Assembly: GCA_965215885.1 (NCBI GenBank)
Contig: CBDCEW010000101.1
Location: 1-64,000 of the forward strand
Source of the DNA: Candidatus Moanibacter sp.
GTDB lineage: Bacteria; Verrucomicrobiota; Verrucomicrobiia; Opitutales; UBA2987
Direction: 5' to 3'
Length of the DNA stretch: 64,000 nucleotides
Part shown: positions 1-10,464 of the stretch, piece after piece
Layout of the letters: each line of letters begins with the position of its first letter
How positions within the stretch are numbered: position 1 is the stretch's first letter
Position numbers and translations under genes: made by a program
Notes under the pieces: model-generated
The model's database searches: none
Told to the model about the DNA's origin: nothing
The model's input: the letters and a program-made list of their open reading frames with translations, nothing else

Positions 1-1941
1 CCCAAGAAATTCACCTTCCCACGAGACCAACAAATTTGGGTGGCCAGCGATTGGCGGGAATATAGATCGGTTCCCCGAGGAAAAGCGCCAAGGATCAATA
101 TCACGGGAAAGATTAGACCGCAATTTGACTTGGATCATGTTAGAACGGAACTCAAGGGAATTGCAGCCAACCTCGCTGCGGCATATCCTGAAACCAATGA
201 AAACCTTACCCGCTTCAGGTTAACACCCTTTCGTGATCAGTTTCTCAATACAACAGCAAAAGTTCTCCTTGGAATCGGAATTATAGCCTCGGTGTTAGTT
301 CTGATTCTCGCGTGCACGAATGTATTTCACACCCTCATGGCACGAACAGCGAACAGAAGTCACGAACTAGCTGTTCGCTGCAGTCTTGGCGCCAGGCGCA
401 GACATGTGGTTTGGCAAGTCCTTGTGGACGGAATCACACTTTCTGGAATCGGTGCTGTAATCGGAATCGGCATAGCAGCTTTCGGATTGAGAGTCATAAC
501 CGATCAGCTGTCCGTATTCGACATTCCTGGTAGATTTATTTTTGAGCTTAAGCCCAACGTAATATGGGTGATAATAGGGACATCTTTGGTTGCGGGGGCC
601 GCCTCAAGCCTCATTCCGGCCTGGCGAGCGTCAAAGATAAACTCGAATGATATCCTTAAAGACGATTCAAAAAGCTCATCCGGTATCCACTTGGGATGGC
701 TATCAAAAACCCTGGTCATTTCACAAGTAACCTTTTCAACAATTTTACTCTATGTCAGCGTGTCGTTCATTTTCCCCAACATTTTCGTTAGGTCTATCGA
801 AATGCCTTATGATCAAAAAAACGTATTGGCGGCCAACATGAACCTGCGGGCAGATCCAAACTTTCAGGACCAGAATGATGTAGTTAGATTCTACACGGAA
901 TTGAAAGAAAAACTCCATTCGATTCCCGGCATTCGAAGTACCGGCCTTGTTTCATCTCCATGGGGAATGGTGCCCAAAATCGAAGGTATTGAAATTGAAA
1001 ACAGAGAGATCACCTCCGAATTTAAAAAATCACCGGGAACGGTTATGCTTTCGCAATGGACAAGGGCTTCCCCAGACTATCTGGAAGTCTATGGGATGTC
1101 CTGCATTTCTGGTAGGATGTTTGGCAGGTTCGATACAAACGAGTCCATGAAGGTCTGTGTAGTGAATACCCGGTTTGTAGACGCTTATTTCCCAAACGAG
1201 ATTCCCATTGGAAAGAGGGTTAGAACGGCAAAATCGAAAGATGAATCCGAGTGGTTTACAATAGTTGGGGTGATTCCAGATACTAAGCCTAAGGTTCCAG
1301 CCTTAACACCCACTGAGGAAGAAATGACGAACAAAATGTTTTCTGAAGTCGTGATTCCTTTTACTCAAGGGGGTATTTGGAATCCAAGCCTCATCGTGTA
1401 TGCAGATAACGCAGAGTCACTCCAGACAAGTCAGGCGATTCGACAAACAATTTTGGACGTCGCTCCGAAAGCGAGAATCATTGGATCGCTCCTGACAGTG
1501 GAAAAACGGCTCTCTTTCCTAAGCCGGATAATTGATATTATTTATCGAGGAGGAATCACCTTCGGTACAGCCATTTTGTTGATTTCAGTTATTGGACTGT
1601 ACTCAGTAATTTCCTTCACAACATCCCAACGTCGCAAAGAATTCGGTATTCGCATGGCAGTAGGATCCGGTGGTTGGGGTATTGCAAAGACCGTGCTTAA
1701 ACCTTGGAGCATTAGCATCGGGATAGGACTGATCTTAGGAGGACTCGTCTGTTTGATATTAATAATCGTGATTACTTCCTTTGGAGAATACACCTCTGCG
1801 GTAGATACCGACTTTCTCGGCATAGCAATAACTTTTCTTCCGGCGGCGTTAATAATATGCGTTGCGAGTTTCGCTGCGGTCGCAATTCCCGCCTGGCGCG
1901 CGATCAAGATCTCGCCAATGGAAGTGATTCGAGTGGAGTGA
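1..1941 (+). CDS. MacB/FtsX-type (ADOP-like) ABC transporter permease, 5' end outside the window
   Basis: Frame is open from base 1 (PKKFTFPRDQQIWV). Motifs LILACTNV..LMAR...R.HELAVR.SLGA.R and QRRKEFGIRMAVG; multiple hydrophobic segments. Confidence 0.9.
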   Translation, partial: PKKFTFPRDQQIWVASDWREYRSVPRGKAPRINITGKIRPQFDLDHVRTELKGIAANLAAAYPETNENLTRFRLTPFRDQFLNTTAKVLLGIGIIASVLVLILACTNVFHTLMARTANRSHELAVRCSLGARRRHVVWQVLVDGITLSGIGAVIGIGIAAFGLRVITDQLSVFDIPGRFIFELKPNVIWVIIGTSLVAGAASSLIPAWRASKINSNDILKDDSKSSSGIHLGWLSKTLVISQVTFSTILLYVSVSFIFPNIFVRSIEMPYDQKNVLAANMNLRADPNFQDQNDVVRFYTELKEKLHSIPGIRSTGLVSSPWGMVPKIEGIEIENREITSEFKKSPGTVMLSQWTRASPDYLEVYGMSCISGRMFGRFDTNESMKVCVVNTRFVDAYFPNEIPIGKRVRTAKSKDESEWFTIVGVIPDTKPKVPALTPTEEEMTNKMFSEVVIPFTQGGIWNPSLIVYADNAESLQTSQAIRQTILDVAPKARIIGSLLTVEKRLSFLSRIIDIIYRGGITFGTAILLISVIGLYSVISFTTSQRRKEFGIRMAVGSGGWGIAKTVLKPWSISIGIGLILGGLVCLILIIVITSFGEYTSAVDTDFLGIAITFLPAALIICVASFAAVAIPAWRAIKISPMEVIRVE

Positions 1942-2232
1942 CCGGAAAGTAGTAGGCAGAAGGCAGAAGGATGAATGTCAACTCGCTCCTAACTACTTAC
2001 TCCTTATTCATACTACCCGCCTTTTCCGCCGAACATATCTAAATCAGTATTTAAATATAGCCGCCTCATCCTGAAAATACGCCGTCTTCCTAACCTTCAG
2101 CTCTATTTCATTCAAGTTGGCAGGATTGGTAGCAAATCGCGGTTGTAACCAATCTCGGCGCGCACGACTCGCAGAAGATGCAAACGCAGGCCCTAAACGG
2201 CGTCGCCCTCTGCCCCGAAACCACTCGCTGTC

Positions 2233-4527
2233 TCAAAGTGCATTTCTCTTGACCATCACCAGGCCCATCTTGTCGATGTCCAGCGGCGTTCCGCTGCTGC
2301 TGCGGATATCAAGTTTCCGAATATACTTCCCAGCGGGTGCCTTCGCGCCGAGAAACACCGTGGCGCCGGCGGGGATCGAGGCCCGGGCGATCAACACTCC
2401 GTTGTCGTGATAGTTGTCATGGAGCGTTGCCTCTACGGTCACCTGCTGCGCGTTGTTGGACCGGTTGCTGACCGTCAGACCGCAGCCTTTCAACACGTCC
2501 TTGAACCCGGCGTAGCTGCTTTTGGTCCGTTCGAGTTTCTTTCCCTCGAACCTGGTCTTCCTGGGTTGATTTACCTTGTCCGCCTGGTCCACGGTGGGAA
2601 TATGATTGATCGCATCCGAAACGCTGATGTCCAGTGCGGCGGTCGCCTGCCGATGGGCGCCGAACAGCCCCTCCTCCTGCGACAGGTACACGTTCCGCGT
2701 CTGTCCCTGACCGCCGTAGGCCAGGAACAGGTCCTTGCTCTTGGCGCTTAACCCGGACCCGTCCCAGACACCCCCCATGCCTGTGGCACAAGCAGTCTGC
2801 AGATCTGCCCGAAACGCTGCGGCGGAATAGTCTCCGGCGGCCGCGGCGACGTCGAAATCGGCTTCCGGATGAAGTGCAACCACAGGCGTGGTCCTGGCGT
2901 GTTCAGGATGTGATTCCATATCCTGTACAAGTTCGACCATCTGGTAAATGATTTCCACTCCGAACTCGTAAAAGTCGTCGAAGCTGGACATCTTCGGCAG
3001 CGGCGACGTCTCGTCGAAGAACAGCGTGACGGCCAGCCGGGCAAGATGGTCCGCTCGACGGAGGTAGATCGGGTTGTCCGTAATTCGGTAAGCATTGCGT
3101 AGCAGCTTGATCGCGCTGGCAACATCATGCGAGTTGACCACCCATTGCACCTCCGGGTGGATGGTCATATAGATGTTGGCTGTCTCGAGCACGGCGCGCT
3201 CGTAGACAGGCTTGTGCCTGGCTTCACAGCGCAGCGATCGGTCATAGAGGAGCCCGGCAAAATAGGCATAGGGTGCGCCCCACGGATCGCCATATGCCGG
3301 CGACATCGCCGGCCTGCCCTCTTGGTCTCGGAGCGGAAAACCAATGGACGGGTTTTCCACGTCTTCGTCTGCGGCGATCAACGTCCTCGGTAAGGGCTGG
3401 CCCGTCGCCACGTGGTACGCTGTCAGAAGTCCCTTCCCGGCCACATCCAGAATGGAGTCGTAATCGTGGGCAAGGAACTCGTTGTCGGTGTCGCGGGCGA
3501 ACTGCCTCATCAACTCGGCCAGTTCAGGGTCGCGGGATTCGACCAGCGTCGCAGCGTCCTGAATATTGGTTGCAGCAGTCAGATTCATGCCGTTTTGGCA
3601 CCGTTCCCGGCGGCCGGGAGCCGAGGACGTGCACCATGACAGGGACCCCGTCTCCGGGTGCCTCATCGACTTGAACAGTCCCAGCAGCGTGGTGATGGCC
3701 CGTTTCATTTCAGGATCACCGCTGCGAGCGAACTCGCGGGCCCAGGTATTGATGTAGCAGGATCCGGTTTGCGGGAATTCGAAGAGGTCACCGCCGGGGC
3801 CCCGTTTGTGATAAAGGGCATGCCGATCGAAGCGACCGGTCTTCTTGTCGTGGATCTGGTTGTCCCACAAGCCATGGGCGAACCTGGCAAGCTGCTCGGG
3901 GTTTTGGTCCCAATACGGCCAGGGAAAATTGTACTCGTGGCCGCCGTAACCCTGGTCGCCGTTGTATGCCCAGGTATCCGTGTGCACGTTCCAGTGCATA
4001 TGCGTTCCCCAGGGATATAGGCCGGTCGCGGGGCTCTGGGTGTTGTCGAGAAACCACTTGATCGAGCGATCGGACTCTCGGGCGTAGTGTCTCTCGCCCG
4101 TAATCTCCGTCAAACGATAGAGCAGCTTGTACAGCGGCAGGTCGCGCAGCGGCTCCGCGCCGGTATAGGGCCAATCATAGGGCCGCCGCTTGCTCAGCTC
4201 CTGCAGGCCGGGTGCCCACGGCTTTAATCTCACGTGGGGGAACGGGACCTCTTTCCAGTGTTTGAAAGAGATGCGTCGTTTGCGGTCGATGACCGACACG
4301 AACAGCGGCGTCGGCTCCTTGCCGTAGGTGTCCCGCCCTTCGTGGATCATGTACTCGGCGTAGTTCCTGGCGATCCTCATATAGTCGAAGGTCTTCAGGT
4401 AATTGAAATCCTCGACAGGGACATACTCCTCTCCGGCCGTTGGCTCCGCGTTCGCCGGGGCTCCGCAGCAGACAAGCAGAGCGAAAAGAATCGATCGAAT
4501 CGTCACGTTCTTGTTATTGCACAGCAT
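2233..4527 (-). CDS. Secreted PL2-like (alpha/alpha barrel) polysaccharide lyase with an extra C-terminal domain
   Basis: Signal peptide (..LLVCCGAPANA). GRDTYG..PTPLF, TGLYPWGTH, GHE and FDRH segments resemble pectate lyase family 2 as I recall it. Confidence 0.6.
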   Translation of the reverse strand: MLCNNKNVTIRSILFALLVCCGAPANAEPTAGEEYVPVEDFNYLKTFDYMRIARNYAEYMIHEGRDTYGKEPTPLFVSVIDRKRRISFKHWKEVPFPHVRLKPWAPGLQELSKRRPYDWPYTGAEPLRDLPLYKLLYRLTEITGERHYARESDRSIKWFLDNTQSPATGLYPWGTHMHWNVHTDTWAYNGDQGYGGHEYNFPWPYWDQNPEQLARFAHGLWDNQIHDKKTGRFDRHALYHKRGPGGDLFEFPQTGSCYINTWAREFARSGDPEMKRAITTLLGLFKSMRHPETGSLSWCTSSAPGRRERCQNGMNLTAATNIQDAATLVESRDPELAELMRQFARDTDNEFLAHDYDSILDVAGKGLLTAYHVATGQPLPRTLIAADEDVENPSIGFPLRDQEGRPAMSPAYGDPWGAPYAYFAGLLYDRSLRCEARHKPVYERAVLETANIYMTIHPEVQWVVNSHDVASAIKLLRNAYRITDNPIYLRRADHLARLAVTLFFDETSPLPKMSSFDDFYEFGVEIIYQMVELVQDMESHPEHARTTPVVALHPEADFDVAAAAGDYSAAAFRADLQTACATGMGGVWDGSGLSAKSKDLFLAYGGQGQTRNVYLSQEEGLFGAHRQATAALDISVSDAINHIPTVDQADKVNQPRKTRFEGKKLERTKSSYAGFKDVLKGCGLTVSNRSNNAQQVTVEATLHDNYHDNGVLIARASIPAGATVFLGAKAPAGKYIRKLDIRSSSGTPLDIDKMGLVMVKRNAL

Positions 4528-4718
4528 TTCTTCGATTCCGTCGTCGATCTTCGGTCTTCAGTCGTCGGTCTTCCGCGTTCGGTCTTCACTTCAATCACCC
4601 GTCACTGGCACGATCAACTCCAAGGTCGAACTGATAGGGATTTTAATTTTCACGAAACTGGAAAACAAGGATAACCGGCGGCGTTCGGCCGGACAGACTC
4701 GCCAAGCTGGTACCAGTT

Positions 4719-5035
4719 TCAGACAGGTTTCTTAGCTTGGTAAAACCAACTGCTCACCGTGGTGTCATTCTGCCAGGGATTCTCCTGAATACCATTGAGC
4801 AGTCCCTTCTCCATGTCCCGTACGCACATACCCTCGCGATAAGGACCGTGGTTCTTTTCAATAGGAAACTTTTTGATGTTCAGCACAGCTTCGAGCCGAC
4901 CGTCGTGCCACTTCTTATTCTGATTGTAGTACCATGAGGCCAACTTGCGCCCGACGAGACCGTCGTCCCTCGGAAAAGGCAGCCCACCGTCGAAGTAGAG
5001 CAGGTCAGGTTTGTGCTGCTCGCAGAGGTCCTGGG
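4719..5035 (-). pseudogene. Internal fragment of a GH29 alpha-L-fucosidase-like gene
   Basis: Frame reads DLCEQHKPDLLYFDGGLPF...RDMEKG...PWQNDTTVSSWFY; truncated at both ends. Confidence 0.65.
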
Positions 5036-5077
5036 GTCGAAATCGACGGGAAGCGGGAAACTGCAGCCGGTGGGCTC

Positions 5078-5615
5078 GATGCGACGGAACCGTGAGATCG
5101 CAAACGTGGCTACCCGGATCATCGGCGCGATACGCGCGGTCATCGGATATTTGATAAAGCTGAACGTGAGCGTCTGCTCGCAGAGTATGCGAGTAGTGAC
5201 TTGACGCAGCGCGCGTTCGCCCGACGAGAGGGGATCAACTACCACACGCTTTCGGGTTGGCTGAACCGATACAGGCGCCGGGGTCTGTGAACTTTGCAGA
5301 GATCGAGCTGCCGGCGACGGTGTCGAATAGCCGACTGGAAGTGCGGATGGCCGATGGGACGGTATTGCGCGGGAGCGACGCCGGTACTCTGGCGCAGCTG
5401 GTGCGTCTATTGCGGGACTGAATCGATGCTGAGTCTACCGGGCACGATGAAGATCCACCTGGCGGTCGAGCCGGTGGATATGCGCAAGCAGTTTGACGGG
5501 CTGTGGGCGGTGGCGCAGGAAAAACTGCGGGTAGACTCGAGCAAGGGGGCGCTGTTCGTGTTCGTGAACAAGCGTCGCAACCGGCTCAAGATGCTGTATT
5601 TTGACGGGACCGGCC
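5078..5615 (+). mobile_element. tnpB: Degenerate IS66 element: frameshifted tnpA (to 5421) and truncated tnpB (from 5426)
   Basis: RERLLAEYASSDLTQRAFARREGINYHTLSGWL is TnpA HTH-like; EPVDMRKQFDGL...LFVFVNKRRNRLKMLYFDGTG is the TnpB signature; no tnpC. Confidence 0.85.
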
Positions 5616-5740
5616 CACGGTTATGTGATGTACGTCGGAAAAAGAAGACCGGCGACCTGACAAATAGCTGGTTTCGCCGTTAAACCTCAGTATGGTCGTA
5701 TTGCCGTATACTGTTTGGACAACCAATCTCAGCGAAAATC

Positions 5741-7147
5741 ATGCCGATGACGAGACGTGAATTTCTGGAAACAACCGGTTTGGCAGTGGCCGCTTCAACA
5801 ACGGGACTGCCGGTAATGGCGATGACGGAGAAGATGAACGAAAAGCGGCGGCCTAACCTCATAATCATCCTCGCGGATGACCTCGGTTACGGTGATATCG
5901 GTTGCTTCGGCGGGAAAGCGGAGACGCCGCACCTCGACCGGTTGGCTGCGGACGGGTTACGGTTTTCGGATTTCCACGCCAACGCACCGGTCTGTTCTCC
6001 TACCCGCGCGGCGTTGCTGACCGGGCGTTACCAGCAGCGGATGGGAATCGAAGGCGCTTTGGGGGAAGGCGAGCTGGGCCTGGGCGCACCGGAAGCGCGG
6101 GGAGAGACCACCATTGCCGATTACCTGCGGCGTGCCGGTTACGCGACCGGGATCATGGGAAAGTGGCACCTCGGTTACAACGAAGAGCAAAATCCCGTGA
6201 ATTTCGGCTTCGACACGTTCCGGGGCATGCTTCACGGCGCGGTGGACTACCACTCGCACATCAACACCTTCGGGCGCTTCGACTGGTGGCACAACGAGAA
6301 ACTGGTCAAGGAGGACGGGTATGTCACTGATCTGATTACAGACCATTCGCTGCGATTCATCGAAGCCCACCGGGACGAACCGTTTTTCCTGTTCGTGTCC
6401 CACCTGGCCATCCACTTCCCGTGGCAGACGCCGGACGATACCGGACACCGGCAAGAAGGGAAGAGTTACCGGGATGTCAGCGGGCCGCTCAATAAACTCG
6501 GGCCGCATCCACCCGAAGAAACCGGTGCTGTGGTGCGCACGATGATCGAGGAGACCGACAAGAGCGTAGGAAGCATACTGCACAAACTTGAGGAACTCGG
6601 TCTGGACAAAGACACGCTCGTGGTTTTCACATCGGACAACGGCGGGTACAACGAATATCGCGGCGGATACACCGAGATATCCTCGAACGGCCCACTGCAG
6701 GGCCAGAAAGGGTCGATGCTTGAGGGCGGTCACCGCGTCCCGGCGATCGCGCACTGGCCCGGATGCATACCGGGCGGCAGTCGAACCGATCAGACCGCTT
6801 TGACGATGGATCTCCTGCCGACCGCGCTGGACGTGGCAGGCATTCCAGCAACCGTTCCATCGGGACGGAACAAGCTCGACGGAACCAGTCTGCTGCCGCT
6901 TCTCTGTCAACAGCAATCCCTGCCCCCGCGAACCGTTTTCTGGGCACTGGGAGGAGCCAAAGCCGCGAGGTCGGGCGACTGGAAACTGATCGTCGGCGAG
7001 GACCATCCGCCGCGGTTGTACCACCTGGGCAATGACATTTCCGAATCCCGGGATGTCGCCTCTGAGCACGTGCAACTGGTCAATCGACTGACGGCGGAAC
7101 TGGATGCGTGGAGCGAAGAGGTCGGCGCGGGTCCGAGCGACAGCTGA
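5741..7147 (+). CDS. Formylglycine-dependent sulfatase with Tat signal
   Basis: TRREFL twin-arginine motif; ADDLGYGD, CSPTRAALLTGR, GKWHLG, TSDNG. Confidence 0.95.
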   Translation: MPMTRREFLETTGLAVAASTTGLPVMAMTEKMNEKRRPNLIIILADDLGYGDIGCFGGKAETPHLDRLAADGLRFSDFHANAPVCSPTRAALLTGRYQQRMGIEGALGEGELGLGAPEARGETTIADYLRRAGYATGIMGKWHLGYNEEQNPVNFGFDTFRGMLHGAVDYHSHINTFGRFDWWHNEKLVKEDGYVTDLITDHSLRFIEAHRDEPFFLFVSHLAIHFPWQTPDDTGHRQEGKSYRDVSGPLNKLGPHPPEETGAVVRTMIEETDKSVGSILHKLEELGLDKDTLVVFTSDNGGYNEYRGGYTEISSNGPLQGQKGSMLEGGHRVPAIAHWPGCIPGGSRTDQTALTMDLLPTALDVAGIPATVPSGRNKLDGTSLLPLLCQQQSLPPRTVFWALGGAKAARSGDWKLIVGEDHPPRLYHLGNDISESRDVASEHVQLVNRLTAELDAWSEEVGAGPSDS

Positions 7148-7148
7148 C

Positions 7149-7197
7149 AACCCCCTACTCGGCGTCTAACGCCGCCCAAAAGCAAATTCCTATCAGT
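7149..7197. repeat. Dispersed ~48-bp element with CGGCGT-CTA-ACGCCG hairpin (other copies 10467-10498 and 10827-10872)
   Basis: Near-identical CCCCTACTCGGCGTCTAACGCCGCCC.AAAGCAAATTCCTATCAGT at 7152 and 10827; partial copy at 10467. Confidence 0.9.
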
Positions 7198-7215
7198 AAC
7201 CCGAGGAGCCCGCCC

Positions 7216-9300
7216 ATGCCATCATCCGTCTCCATCCGCCACCACGATGTCGTCGTCATCGGCGGCGGCGCGTCCGGCATCGCCACCGCCTCGTCCGCCG
7301 CCGCCAACGGCGCCGATACGCTGCTGATCGACGCCGGGCCGGTCGTCGGGGGCGAGCTCCTGTCGGGCATTCCAATCGACGGCTGCCTCAACACCCGCGG
7401 CGAGTGGATCGTCGGCGGCTTCCTGCGGTCGCTGCTCGACGACCTGGAGCGAATGGGGGGCTTCGTCGGGGCCTTCTTCGACTGGCGCACGATCTGGGTC
7501 GTCTGTTGCGACCCCGAGCGGATGAAACTTGCCGTCATCAATCGGCTGCGGGTAACCGGTGTCAACCTGCTCCTCTACAGCTTCGTCGACGAGGTCGTCA
7601 CGGACGGTGGCCGCGTGACCGGGGTCGTCGTCCTCAACAAGGCGGGCCGGACGTTGATCACCGGCGACGTCTTCCTTGACTGCTCCGGTGACGGCGATGT
7701 TGCCGTGGGCGCCGGTGCGCAGTTCCTTCACGGCGACGGCAAGGGCACGTTCCAGCCGGTGACGATGGTGTTCCGCATGGCCGGCGTCGACACGCAGAAG
7801 CTGCTCGATTTCGCCGAGGCCAATCCGGAGAACCTGGCGCTCGGCGAGAACCCCTGGCTGAACAAGAGCCGCGAGGAGTGCCTGCGCGAGCTGATTGCCC
7901 AGGGCTATCCGAAGGTGTTCCTGAAGGCCGACGGCCCGCTCCTGTCGAAGGCGATCGCGGACGGCGAGCTGTATCCGACCGCGCTTCTCGCCGTCACGCC
8001 GGTCTCGACGGATCGTCGCGAGGTCGCGCTGAACACCACCCGTGTCGCCAACGTCGACGCGACCGATACCGCCGCGCTCAGCGCGACGATGCCGCAGCTC
8101 GTCGACCAGGTCTGGAACTGCCAGGGCTTCCTCCGCAAGCGCGTTCCGGGCTTTGAGGAGGCCGCTTTCGCGGGTCTCGCGCCCCGTATCGGCATCCGGG
8201 AGACGCGGCGGATCGTCGGTGAGCACACCTTGACCGGGGAAGATGTGCTCACCGCGGTCAAACGCGACGATGGCATCGCCAAGGGCGGTCACCACGTCGA
8301 CATCCACGGCGACGGGACCGACCAGGTCCGCAGGCCCATCCGCGACGGCGGCTCCTACGACATCCCGCTCGGCTGTCTTCTGCCCAAGGGGCTGGAGAAC
8401 GTCGGCATTGCCGGCCGCTGCCTCTCGGCCGACCGCGAGGCCCACGGCTCGGCGCGCGTGATGGGGACCTGCATGGCGATGGGGCAGGCCGTCGGCACAG
8501 CTGCCGCCATGGTCTGCGAGGGCAACGTGCCGTCGCCGGTGCTCGGCGACGTCCCGATGCAGGCGCTGCGAGACCGGCTGGTCGCCCAGGGACTGCCGAA
8601 GGTGTTCTTCGTGCCGGAAGGGCCGCTCCTCAGGAAAGCGATCGAGGAGGGGCGCATGTATCCGACCTCCCTGGTCGCGCTCACGCCGAACTCGCTGGCG
8701 CGGCGCGAGGTCAGCGTCAACACGACTCGGATCGCCGCGGTGAACGCCACGGACACGAACAAGCTGAGCTCGGTGTTCGAGAGCCTCCATCGCCAGGTCG
8801 AGATGTGCGCGCAGTTCCTGCGGACGAGCGTGCCGGGCATGGAGGACGCGGTCATCTCCGCGCTGCCGCCTCGCATCGGCATCCGCGAGACGCGCCGGGT
8901 CGTCGGCGATTACGTTCTCACGGGCGACGACGTGCTGTCCGGCCGCAAGTTCGAGGACGGAGTGGCCAAGGGCTGCCACGAGCTCGACATCCACGGCAGC
9001 GAGACAGGGCATCGACGCGAGAACATTCGCGACGGCGGCTCCTACGACATCCCGTTCGGTTGCCTCGTGCCGAAGGACACGAAGAACCTGCTGGTGGTCG
9101 GGCGCTGTCTCTCGGCCGATCGCGAGGCCCACTCGACCGCCCGTGTCATGGGCTCGTGCATGGGGATGGGGCAGGCGGCGGGAACCGCCGCCGCGATGGC
9201 CCGAGAGATGAACGACTACGACGACATTCGTGCGATCGACGTCGGGGCGCTGCGCGCGCGGCTGAAGGAACAGGGCGCCGTCCTCGACGGTATCCTTTAG
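7216..9300 (+). CDS. FAD-dependent oxidoreductase (PF12831-like) carrying a second copy of the C-terminal half
   Basis: RBS GAGGAG at 7203; DVVVIGGGASG and DCSGDGD; GIRETRR, GSYDIP, GRCLSADREAH and GQAxGTAAA each occur twice. Confidence 0.85.
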   Translation: MPSSVSIRHHDVVVIGGGASGIATASSAAANGADTLLIDAGPVVGGELLSGIPIDGCLNTRGEWIVGGFLRSLLDDLERMGGFVGAFFDWRTIWVVCCDPERMKLAVINRLRVTGVNLLLYSFVDEVVTDGGRVTGVVVLNKAGRTLITGDVFLDCSGDGDVAVGAGAQFLHGDGKGTFQPVTMVFRMAGVDTQKLLDFAEANPENLALGENPWLNKSREECLRELIAQGYPKVFLKADGPLLSKAIADGELYPTALLAVTPVSTDRREVALNTTRVANVDATDTAALSATMPQLVDQVWNCQGFLRKRVPGFEEAAFAGLAPRIGIRETRRIVGEHTLTGEDVLTAVKRDDGIAKGGHHVDIHGDGTDQVRRPIRDGGSYDIPLGCLLPKGLENVGIAGRCLSADREAHGSARVMGTCMAMGQAVGTAAAMVCEGNVPSPVLGDVPMQALRDRLVAQGLPKVFFVPEGPLLRKAIEEGRMYPTSLVALTPNSLARREVSVNTTRIAAVNATDTNKLSSVFESLHRQVEMCAQFLRTSVPGMEDAVISALPPRIGIRETRRVVGDYVLTGDDVLSGRKFEDGVAKGCHELDIHGSETGHRRENIRDGGSYDIPFGCLVPKDTKNLLVVGRCLSADREAHSTARVMGSCMGMGQAAGTAAAMAREMNDYDDIRAIDVGALRARLKEQGAVLDGIL

Positions 9301-10464
9301 CTACAGAAGCTCTTCAATTTCATCCAAAGAAACCTTCAGCACTTCAGCGGTTTGCTTTTTCCGGGAAAAAGCAATCAGGAGACTTCCGTCTTGCTCAACG
9401 ACATGAGGATACTGATAGGAATCGTATTCGGCATCGCTGTACTTAATGCTGTACAACGTATCACTTTCCCAGGCGACTCCGTCGATGGAGGATGGAATGG
9501 GTAGTTTGCGCAGTGAAGAGAAGACGAGTCCGTCCCTCGAAACGGAAATACAAAGCGGATTGCGAAATGCCGGATTGGCGTTGTTGACCAACACGTAAAA
9601 ACCCCGGGATACCTTCAGCACGTTAAACTTGCTTTTAGCATCAGGAAAATTGGTGCGCACGGGCACCGTCCAGCTTTGCCCCTCATCTGTGGAAAATGAC
9701 CGCAAGAGCCACCCGGAGCGGCTGTTATCCCGGGAAAGAGCAACCAGATTTCCGCCAGAAATCTCATACCAGTAAGGTTCCGCGGGTTGCATGCCGTCCG
9801 GTCTGTTGATGATTGAGTAGGGTACAACTTCCCAATCACCGATTGAAGGCTCTCCTCCCCGGAGAAAAGAAATAGCCCGATTGGCTTCCCGTCTCGTCAT
9901 CATCCACCCACCACTGGGCAGGCGTTTCGGTGGGAAGTTATTAATGGCGTCATCAAAAACGATTCCCTCAAACTTCCAACTTTGACTTGCCGGATCCCAG
10001 AGGTAGGAACGCAGGTCGAGGCTTTCGCCAAAGAAATGGGTTTTTCCATCCTTCAGGGCTTCGTCATGACTGGCCAGAGCCCGAAGTTTTCCGTCTTCCC
10101 GCAACCAGAAGCCACGGGCGATATGACGGAATCCTTCCTGTTTGGAGGGACCAACAAGTATTTTCGGCTCTGTCCATTTCAAACCATCCCGACTCGTAGC
10201 ATAGCGGATATGCTGGGTCGGCTTGTCTTCAACGATGGGACCATGGCTCCACATACACCAGTAACGATCCTCAAAAAATGCCAGGTAGGTGTGCAGGCGG
10301 AAGTGCCAGGTTTCATCTCCCTTGGAAACCACGGCATGCTCTCCGTCAATAACTGGAAGCTTTTCAAAATCGATCGCCTCCGGGTCACCACCCGAATACA
10401 TCATTTCAGAAAAGGGATTACTTTCTGGATGTGGATAATCCGAAGTTTCCTTCACACACGACAT
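9301..10464 (-). CDS. BNR/Asp-box sialidase-like beta-propeller protein
   Basis: Asp boxes SRDGLKW, STDEGQSW, SRDGLVF; C-terminal YQYPH; AGGGGG upstream of the ATG at 10464. Confidence 0.8.
   Translation of the reverse strand: MSCVKETSDYPHPESNPFSEMMYSGGDPEAIDFEKLPVIDGEHAVVSKGDETWHFRLHTYLAFFEDRYWCMWSHGPIVEDKPTQHIRYATSRDGLKWTEPKILVGPSKQEGFRHIARGFWLREDGKLRALASHDEALKDGKTHFFGESLDLRSYLWDPASQSWKFEGIVFDDAINNFPPKRLPSGGWMMTRREANRAISFLRGGEPSIGDWEVVPYSIINRPDGMQPAEPYWYEISGGNLVALSRDNSRSGWLLRSFSTDEGQSWTVPVRTNFPDAKSKFNVLKVSRGFYVLVNNANPAFRNPLCISVSRDGLVFSSLRKLPIPSSIDGVAWESDTLYSIKYSDAEYDSYQYPHVVEQDGSLLIAFSRKKQTAEVLKVSLDEIEELL

Noticed and set aside
7222..9132. Long antisense ORFs (636 aa here; also 5957-7150, 51287-52477, 57099-58043)
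   Set aside because: Shadows of GC-rich genes on the opposite strand, with no recognisable motifs.
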